IMG/VR virus record: IMGVR_UViG_2667527789_000013
Coordinates: 1 to 31,026 of that record
Length of the DNA: 31,026 bases
Strand: one strand, 5' to 3'
DNA from: a virus
Taxonomy: Duplodnaviria > Heunggongvirae > Uroviricota > Caudoviricetes
In this document: positions 25,702 through 31,026 of the stretch, in pieces
Layout: every line of letters begins with the position of its first letter
Numbering within the stretch: the stretch's first letter is position 1
The notes under the pieces: generated by a model
Database searches by the model: none
What the model saw: only the letters and a program-made list of their open reading frames with translations
Told to the model about the DNA's origin: nothing
Translations under genes and position numbers: made by a program

Positions 25702-26073
25702 ATGAACGACCAGCAAATCGAAAAAGAAATCGTTGAGAAAGGCAAAACGGCACCGCGCGTTACGCCAGACCATATCGAAGGCATTATTGCTCAGGAGGCA
25801 TATTTCACAGCAGAAGATGGTGCCTTTGGCAAAGCCATAAAAGCGAAACATACTGGCGGAGAGGTAAACTACCAGCCGCACGAATCACTTTCTCTGCTGA
25901 CGTTCTGCGTCCTGGTGCTGCGCAACGGCTTCACCGTCACCGGAGAGAGCGCCTGTGCAAGCCCGGAAAACTTTGATGCAGAAATTGGTCGGAAGATTGC
26001 CCGGCAGAATGCTGTAAACAAAATCTGGATGCTCGAAGGTTACTTGCTGAAGCAGAAGCTAAGCGAGCAATAA
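25702..26073 (+). CDS. Gp49-like phage protein (N4 gp49 / Sf6 gp66 family), cargo gene
   Basis: 123 aa; motifs TAPRVT, NGFTVTGESACASPENFDAEIGRKIARQNAVNKIWMLEGYLL match my recollection of this widespread prophage family; plus strand, opposite to the structural operon. Confidence 0.55.
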   Translation: MNDQQIEKEIVEKGKTAPRVTPDHIEGIIAQEAYFTAEDGAFGKAIKAKHTGGEVNYQPHESLSLLTFCVLVLRNGFTVTGESACASPENFDAEIGRKIARQNAVNKIWMLEGYLLKQKLSEQ

Positions 26074-26093
26074 CACCGTGACATGTCACAAAC

Positions 26094-26120
26094 AGCCAGC
26101 CGATGAGCTGGCTTTGTTTT
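26094..26120 (+). terminator. Rho-independent terminator after the Gp49-like gene
   Basis: Stem AGCCAGC / GCTGGCT with 6-nt loop followed by TTTGTTTT. Confidence 0.55.
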
Positions 26121-26163
26121 ATCCTCATCAGAGGATATCAACGACATTATCCCCACCAGCGGA

Positions 26164-27639
26164 TTAAGCATACGGGTCATAATCTGTGATGGCCTTGCCT
26201 TGCTGGTTCTGCTGCCCAGGAATTCGCAGACGCTTCGACACAGGGAACGCAAACGTCAGCAGTAGCGCATCGCCTTTACCCGGCGAACGCCCAAGACGCT
26301 CTTTGATATCTTCCTTCGGTTCGATAACGATTTTACCGTCCACACGAACTTTGTACTCTGCCGCCGACAGGTCGTCTGCTGTTTCCTGGTCATCCAGTAT
26401 GCCGCCCAGCCTCAGCCATGTCTTGCATGAATTGAACATCTCCCCACGCTTGTTGAGCATCTGCGGGTCAGTAGACGCGCCACCGAACGGAACAAGTTGC
26501 CATGTACGACCCCATCCGTCACCGATTGACTTCAGACCGGTTCCGTAACCGAAGTCGATGAACACCGCGTCAGCCTGGTACTGGTCTTCAAAGTCAGCGA
26601 TACGCTTCGCCATAATCAGATCGTCTGTGGTCTTGTTACCAGTCCATAGCACCTTACTGTGCAGCCCCTGCCGCAGGTATATCACCGCGTCATCAACGCC
26701 TGAGTATGCCGGGTCAACGCCGATTATCACCGGAGCATGTGCAACCTGCGCAGCGGTTACCACCCGTTTCATTGCCTCATCAGTAAGACCGGTAGGGATA
26801 AACTGCAATTCAGATGCATCAGGGAATATGCCGCGCACACGGATTTTAACGAAGTCGCTGTCTTCCCCGTAGTCATCAACCCATTTCTGCAACTGCTGTT
26901 TGTTAGTGCCTTCCACCGTCCGGCTGTCAATCTGCGCACACTTCCAGCGGTGTTTGTACTTGCGGAAACATTCACGGAAACGCCCGGTGTTACGCGTCGG
27001 GTTCCCGAACGCCACCCAGATGATTTCGGTGTCTTCGTCCGTCAGCGCACCCTCTGCTACCTCCCACACCAGATCGGCAATGTTCGACGCTTCATCGAAT
27101 ACCACGATGATGCGTTTGCGCTCGTTGTGTAGTCCGGCGAATGCCTCAGTGTTGTGCTCAGACCAGGGGATTGCGTCAGCTCGCCACCGCTTGTCGTGCC
27201 CAGGATCATTGCTGTACATCGCGGTAGCGGTACAGGTAAACCAGTCTTTCGTGATAGCAAGGTTCGACCACTTGATAATTTCCGGCCAGGTCTTCGTTCG
27301 TAGCTGGTTGTCGGTGTTGGCGGTCACCACGACCTTACAATCCTCGCAAGTGGACATGCCCCAGTTGATCAGCATTGAGATGAATGCGGATTTACCAATA
27401 CCGTGACCAGAAGCGCGTGCCAGCATAAGCGGCTGATAGCGCGTCTCTGGATTCTGCAGGTGATCACGTATCTCTCGGAACGCATCAGCCTGCCACTGAC
27501 GTGGACCGGTGGCATGTGCCAGTTCAGTCCCCTCTTCCCCCCACGGGAACGCATAGAGGGCATAACCAAGCGGATCGTGAGTGAACCCTGCAATATCCTC
27601 GATTAACTGCTCTTCAGGAGATAACGCTGTATCTGTCAC
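26164..27639 (-). CDS. Terminase large subunit
   Basis: 491 aa; Walker A-like ASGHGIGKS near the N-terminus, acidic nuclease-type C-terminal half; directly follows the small-subunit gene with ATGA overlap. Confidence 0.8.
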   Translation of the reverse strand: MTDTALSPEEQLIEDIAGFTHDPLGYALYAFPWGEEGTELAHATGPRQWQADAFREIRDHLQNPETRYQPLMLARASGHGIGKSAFISMLINWGMSTCEDCKVVVTANTDNQLRTKTWPEIIKWSNLAITKDWFTCTATAMYSNDPGHDKRWRADAIPWSEHNTEAFAGLHNERKRIIVVFDEASNIADLVWEVAEGALTDEDTEIIWVAFGNPTRNTGRFRECFRKYKHRWKCAQIDSRTVEGTNKQQLQKWVDDYGEDSDFVKIRVRGIFPDASELQFIPTGLTDEAMKRVVTAAQVAHAPVIIGVDPAYSGVDDAVIYLRQGLHSKVLWTGNKTTDDLIMAKRIADFEDQYQADAVFIDFGYGTGLKSIGDGWGRTWQLVPFGGASTDPQMLNKRGEMFNSCKTWLRLGGILDDQETADDLSAAEYKVRVDGKIVIEPKEDIKERLGRSPGKGDALLLTFAFPVSKRLRIPGQQNQQGKAITDYDPYA

Positions 27640-28232
27640 TGATTACCATCCTGACGTTCTTTGAGTCGCTTCCTGGCTGCTGCTATGCGATCAGCAATTG
27701 TCACATTCACATTAACATCCAGATGTTCTTTGAACGCGTTGACATCAACATGCTTACCAATCAGCTCAAGGTTCTTCACCTTGTCAGGCCATTTAATTTT
27801 TTTGAGGATTGTCTCTATCGAATCCTCGTTCATGTTCATGATGGTCGATGACAGATCAAAGCCACTAAGCGTAGTGCGCCAGATTTTCGGCCACTCACGG
27901 ATTGGTTTAAGGCTCCCATCGTCGTTGAGGATGTCGATCACGTCCATCTGATCGATCTCCACCAGGCGCATGAGAACGTAATCAACACTGACGCGCATTC
28001 GTTTGTTGCGCTCCTCCATCAACTCGGCAATCCGTTTTTGAATACGTTCATCGCGCATCATTACACTGGCTTTAACTGCCGCTGTATTTGGGGAGAATCC
28101 TGCGTTAATCGCTGCCTGAGTCTGGTTTTCAGGCGTTTGGATGTATGACTGGCAATAAGCCTCCTGCATTGCTGTTAGTGGCTTAAATTGCGTTGATTTG
28201 CGTTTATAGGTTTTAGGTTCAGCAGGCATCAT
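27636..28232 (-). CDS. Terminase small subunit
   Basis: About 198 aa from ATG 28232 (MMPAEPKTYKRK...) with GGTGG SD; track ORF 27636..28310 starts at TTG and runs through an upstream terminator hairpin; basic N-terminal region and position upstream of TerL. Confidence 0.55.
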   Translation of the reverse strand: MMPAEPKTYKRKSTQFKPLTAMQEAYCQSYIQTPENQTQAAINAGFSPNTAAVKASVMMRDERIQKRIAELMEERNKRMRVSVDYVLMRLVEIDQMDVIDILNDDGSLKPIREWPKIWRTTLSGFDLSSTIMNMNEDSIETILKKIKWPDKVKNLELIGKHVDVNAFKEHLDVNVNVTIADRIAAARKRLKERQDGNQ

Positions 28233-28249
28233 AACCACCGTGGTAATTG

Positions 28250-28265
28250 TTACCGTTTTGGTAAT
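28250..28265. promoter_or_regulatory. Operator-like palindrome (G)TTACC-GTTTT-GGTAAT (site E) with an extra GGTAAT half-site at 28242-28247
   Basis: On the minus strand reads TACTAT-TACC-AAAAC-GGTAAC-A-ATTACC just before the TerS SD; the same TACTATTACC-N5-GGTAA arrangement occurs at site F. Confidence 0.4.
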
Positions 28266-28274
28266 AGTACCATG

Positions 28275-28301
28275 CAAAATAAAGCCGCCATAGTTGGCGG
28301 C
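28275..28301 (-). terminator. Rho-independent terminator upstream of the terminase genes
   Basis: Stem GCCGCC / GGCGGC with 6-nt loop; on the minus strand followed by TTTATTTTG; lies between the 28307 gene stop and the TerS start. Confidence 0.5.
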
Positions 28302-28306
28302 AGTAT

Positions 28307-28519
28307 TCAAAGTCCATCAAATTCATCGTAAAAACTCTCGTCAAGATACCCTTCCCATTTACCGCGAATAAAAATTACATCCTCACCGCAAGGGTGCTGA
28401 CTGTCGATAACTATATCCCTCCTGTCGCAACCATACTTATTCATAAGAAATTTAACCTCTTTCTGAAAATTTGCTGAGTTATCTCTCATATCTTCAAGGT
28501 CGTAGCGTATTTTTGGCAT
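28307..28519 (-). CDS. Hypothetical small protein (70 aa)
   Basis: ATG 28519 (MPKIRYDLEDMRDNS...) with AAGGTG SD; track ORF 28307..28540 starts at GTG. Confidence 0.45.
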   Translation of the reverse strand: MPKIRYDLEDMRDNSANFQKEVKFLMNKYGCDRRDIVIDSQHPCGEDVIFIRGKWEGYLDESFYDEFDGL

Positions 28520-28536
28520 AACACCTTCGTGACATG

Positions 28537-28875
28537 TCACACTATTAATTTCGTTTCATGCCAGCCTTTAGTCACCCAGCATTGCGAGTCACCATTACAC
28601 GGGCATGAATTAACTGGAACTCTCTCGCCGCACTTACCGCAACGTTTTCTGCTGATCGATTTTATACGCCCGCGCACGCGTGCATCATCCTGGCGGATCA
28701 GTAACGCTATATACTCACCAAATTCGTAAGGCGCACGCCCGGGGCGACGCGTGGCACAGTTACGCTCCAGCATTTCAATTTCCTGAGCATCAAGCACAAT
28801 CTCCAGCTTACGCACACCAGATGCAGCTTGTCTGGCTCTCTGAGCGGCTTTGCGCTCTGCTGCTGATTTAGCCAT
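28537..28875 (-). CDS. Hypothetical protein with basic N-terminus and C-terminal Cys cluster (zinc-ribbon-like)
   Basis: ATG 28875 (MAKSAAERKAAQRARQ...); C-terminal RCGKCGERVPVNSCPCNGDSQCW; track ORF starts one codon upstream at TTG. Confidence 0.5.
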   Translation of the reverse strand: MAKSAAERKAAQRARQAASGVRKLEIVLDAQEIEMLERNCATRRPGRAPYEFGEYIALLIRQDDARVRGRIKSISRKRCGKCGERVPVNSCPCNGDSQCWVTKGWHETKLIV

Positions 28876-29149
28876 CAATATTTACCTTTATCGCGTACAC
28901 CTTTACCGGTTTATCGCCGAAGTGGGGATGTGTGATTGTTTTCACTTCATATCCTCCATACGGAACATCAATTCTGCGGCTGGAGTCGTCGCGCTTCGGA
29001 TATCCCTTTGTGATAATCAGGCGGTCATACTTACGGTTAACGAGGCGCTTATTCCAGTAGTCATTACACAGGCGATACTCTTCCGTTTTCTCCCCGCGAA
29101 TCATGGCATCGAAGTATTCACCTTTAACGGCAAGTTGCAGGTTAGCCAT
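28868..29149 (-). CDS. ASCH-domain-like protein
   Basis: MANLQLAVKGEYFDAMIRGEKTEEYR fits the ASCH/PUA-like N-terminal pattern (K.eyFdai..GeKt.E.R); ATG 29149 has strong GGAGGTGA SD and TAATG overlap with the upstream stop (alternative ATG at 29170). Confidence 0.5.
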   Translation of the reverse strand: MANLQLAVKGEYFDAMIRGEKTEEYRLCNDYWNKRLVNRKYDRLIITKGYPKRDDSSRRIDVPYGGYEVKTITHPHFGDKPVKVYAIKVNIDG

Positions 29150-29409
29150 TACCTCACCTCCAGTCTCCATACCGCCTGACCAATCCAGCTGGCATGGGTA
29201 TCTTTGGATACTGTTCCGTCTTTAGCCAGCTCCATAAGAATTTTGCGCAAATCTGCCGAACGCCATTCTTCATCAGGAAATTCCTTCTCCATTGCCAACC
29301 GCAGATTCCAGGTTGCCATCCTGAATGGATATTCCCCGCCGAGAGCTTTATCTTGCAGGGCAGCCCGGGAACGCATCACCTGCAAAACCTTCTCTTTTAC
29401 ATCCATCAT
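29149..29409 (-). CDS. Hypothetical protein (86 aa)
   Basis: ATG 29409 (MMDVKEK...) with AGGAGG SD and ATGA overlap with the upstream stop; track ORF 29149..29553 begins at TTG and would overlap the upstream gene by about 150 nt. Confidence 0.45.
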   Translation of the reverse strand: MMDVKEKVLQVMRSRAALQDKALGGEYPFRMATWNLRLAMEKEFPDEEWRSADLRKILMELAKDGTVSKDTHASWIGQAVWRLEVR

Positions 29410-30020
29410 TTCGCCTCCTGCGGCGGTTCTGGTAGCGGCATCCAGAACAAGGCGTTCCCTAACCACGATAAAGTGCCGTCGCTCAACTCCACGTATTCCC
29501 CTTGTACCTGTCCTGCCATATACTCGCCATGCTTTGAATAAATTAAAATCCAATCATCTTGAGGGGGCATTCGCTCACTACAGCTTATCCAACCATCCGG
29601 AGTTACCGGAGAGTTGCCATCCAGCGCGTTCAACTTGTAAGCCTGGCTTACAGGTTCGGCACTATGAAGCATGGCTGCGCGGCAGGCGTTCCAGCCTGTA
29701 GCGTATGCAGCCGCTTTGCTGCTGCCTTCAACTGGCGCATCCTGCCAATACATTTCTTCCGGCACAACCGGCGCAGGTGAGTCAGCATAAACAGGAATAA
29801 CGTCCGGTTGCTCTTTATTGCTTTCATCCGTTAAAGCCCAGAATAATTTCCCGGCCGGATGTTTGAAAATATAAGCAACTGGTTCTGCTTCCAGCGATGC
29901 CAGAGCAATTCGTGCCAGTTCTTCCGCTTCTTCTGCTGGCAGTACAACGTTGCTACCCGGTCCGTATGTTTCGCGCCACTGCTTGATTGTCAGCAGTCGC
30001 TCTTTGGTAATAGTGGTCAT
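29406..30020 (-). CDS. DUF551-like phage protein
   Basis: 204 aa; C-terminus ...ALFWMPLPEPPQEAK matches the characteristic WMPLPEPP ending of DUF551 proteins; ATGA overlap with the upstream gene. Confidence 0.5.
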   Translation of the reverse strand: MTTITKERLLTIKQWRETYGPGSNVVLPAEEAEELARIALASLEAEPVAYIFKHPAGKLFWALTDESNKEQPDVIPVYADSPAPVVPEEMYWQDAPVEGSSKAAAYATGWNACRAAMLHSAEPVSQAYKLNALDGNSPVTPDGWISCSERMPPQDDWILIYSKHGEYMAGQVQGEYVELSDGTLSWLGNALFWMPLPEPPQEAK

Positions 30021-30532
30021 GCCGCGTTTCCTTCTTTCTTATTAACAATTACACCGTCATATATTTCATTAAGGTGCCCTCTCAACTCCATGCGCCTTAA
30101 TGCAGATAACATGTAATCGCATTCAACCTGCTTATTCCCAATAAAAGGTTTATCTTCAGGGTTACCCCAACAGCAATTCCCCTTGGGCCAACCATGTACT
30201 TTCCGTACTCTTCCGTTAACAACGTGAAGTAATCCCCAGCCAGGTGGTAAATCCTCAATTGAAATAATTCCCGGCTCACTAATAAAGAATCGCCAGTCGC
30301 CCATTCCAAGAGACGGATTTTTACGAAAACGCTTTTTTCTATCTGCCAACAAGTCAGCACGAGAACACTTCGCCTCTATCAGGCATGATGCTGAATTTCT
30401 GAATCCCATAGCATCTGGCTGTTCTCCGGTACTGGTTACAGCTATAAAGCGGTCATGAAAACAAACCTTGAACCCGTTGCGCTTAAGGAACTTGTACGCA
30501 ATCTGACAGAGTTCGCGGTGTGTTAACGCCAT
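30017..30532 (-). CDS. Hypothetical protein with PD-(D/E)xK-like motif (possible nuclease)
   Basis: ATG 30532 (MALTHRELCQ...) with AAGGAG SD (track start 30583 is GTG); segment PDAMGF...CLIEAKCSRADL resembles a D...E.K nuclease core; unverified. Confidence 0.45.
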   Translation of the reverse strand: MALTHRELCQIAYKFLKRNGFKVCFHDRFIAVTSTGEQPDAMGFRNSASCLIEAKCSRADLLADRKKRFRKNPSLGMGDWRFFISEPGIISIEDLPPGWGLLHVVNGRVRKVHGWPKGNCCWGNPEDKPFIGNKQVECDYMLSALRRMELRGHLNEIYDGVIVNKKEGNAA

Positions 30533-30718
30533 ATCACTCTCCTTTAGTGCGCAAGTGGTTTTTCCTGCGGTTTTGCGCTGCACTGGGCTTTTTGCAACAA
30601 CTGTGACCCATCACCCCTAAAAACCCCGTCAACCTCAACCGTCTGTTACTAATCCTCACCCATCGCCAGACCCCAACACCGTTTCTGCGAGCTAACAGAA
30701 TTTTTGCTTTACGGTTTT

Positions 30719-30895
30719 TCATCGCTTTGCTCTCCTGCGTCTCTTTGCTGCTCGTCGTGCCGCTGCAATACCGGTATGGCGGCGCTTTGGTGCCGGGATG
30801 ATGTTGTCAGCCATCAGGACATGTGGCTTTGCAATTAGCGCAGAAGCCCAAAAACGAGTCGGGTACGGTAACAAGCCGATACATGCCACACGCAT
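30719..30895 (-). CDS. Small basic ORF (58 aa), uncertain
   Basis: ATG 30895 preceded by AAAGGAGGTGAGTA and overlapping the upstream stop as TAATG; product ends in an Arg/Lys-rich tail; below the track size cut-off. Confidence 0.3.
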   Translation of the reverse strand: MRVACIGLLPYPTRFWASALIAKPHVLMADNIIPAPKRRHTGIAAARRAAKRRRRAKR

Positions 30896-31026
30896 TACTC
30901 ACCTCCTTTGATGCGAATGCCAGCAACACGTAGTGCATGTTCTAAGTCAGCCAGATAAAGCCAGCAGCCATTTTCTTTAGGTATCATGACGTGGCGCTCA
31001 TCATCATTTATCGGATGTCCATATCG
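30895..31026 (-). CDS. 3' end of a gene continuing beyond the window (partial, 43 codons visible)
   Basis: Open frame from the window edge ending at TAA 30895-30897 (...HALRVAGIRIKGGE), translationally coupled to the next ORF. Confidence 0.3.
   Translation of the reverse strand, partial: RYGHPINDDERHVMIPKENGCWLYLADLEHALRVAGIRIKGGE

Noticed and set aside
25126-25881. Minus-strand ORFs 25126..25389, 25433..25684 and 25651..25881
   Set aside because: They overlap the tRNA and its leader and terminators on the opposite strand, have no SD, and have low-complexity products; most likely non-coding.
28233-28310. N-terminal extension of the small terminase ORF (track start 28310)
   Set aside because: It starts at TTG and reads through the terminator hairpin at 28284-28301; the ATG at 28232 has an SD and follows the terminator.
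1-31026. CRISPR array, insertion sequence, transposase or integrase
   Set aside because: No spaced direct-repeat array, no terminal inverted repeats flanking a transposase-like ORF and no integrase-like ORF were seen in the window.

Overview
Most of this window (about 1.2–30.9 kb) is the late region of a temperate podovirus-like prophage, almost all on the minus strand. In minus-strand transcription order it runs: small and large terminase, portal, scaffold, major capsid, two tail-tube proteins, four internal virion/ejection proteins, tailspike, then holin / GH19 endolysin / Rz with embedded Rz1. Gene order and sizes mirror the T7 structural module (gp8 to gp17), and many junctions are ATGA/TAATG stop-start overlaps. 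Positions 1–1071 carry two plus-strand envelope genes that look like host flank. Two cargo insertions break the backbone. The first (about 5.3–9.4 kb, between the ejection proteins and the tailspike) holds a LexA-box-controlled small gene that is a paralog of the C-terminal domain of a nearby Bro-N antirepressor-like protein, a membrane-anchored tandem zinc-ribbon protein, a structured terminator-ended RNA element, a compact two-gene toxin-antitoxin-like cassette (59-aa basic ORF overlapping a 181-aa protein that I think resembles YafO-family toxins), and a secreted protein translationally coupled to the ejection operon. The second (about 25.0–26.1 kb, between portal and large terminase) holds a divergent tRNA-Arg(UCU) and a Gp49-like gene with their own promoter and terminators. 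A palindromic motif ATTACC-N5-GGTAA(T) recurs at six intergenic sites, three times overlapping a -10-like element, and a perfect 12-bp palindrome GTGACATGTCAC occurs twice near the terminase genes. All protein family calls are from reading the translations and from memory; no database search or computation was run.
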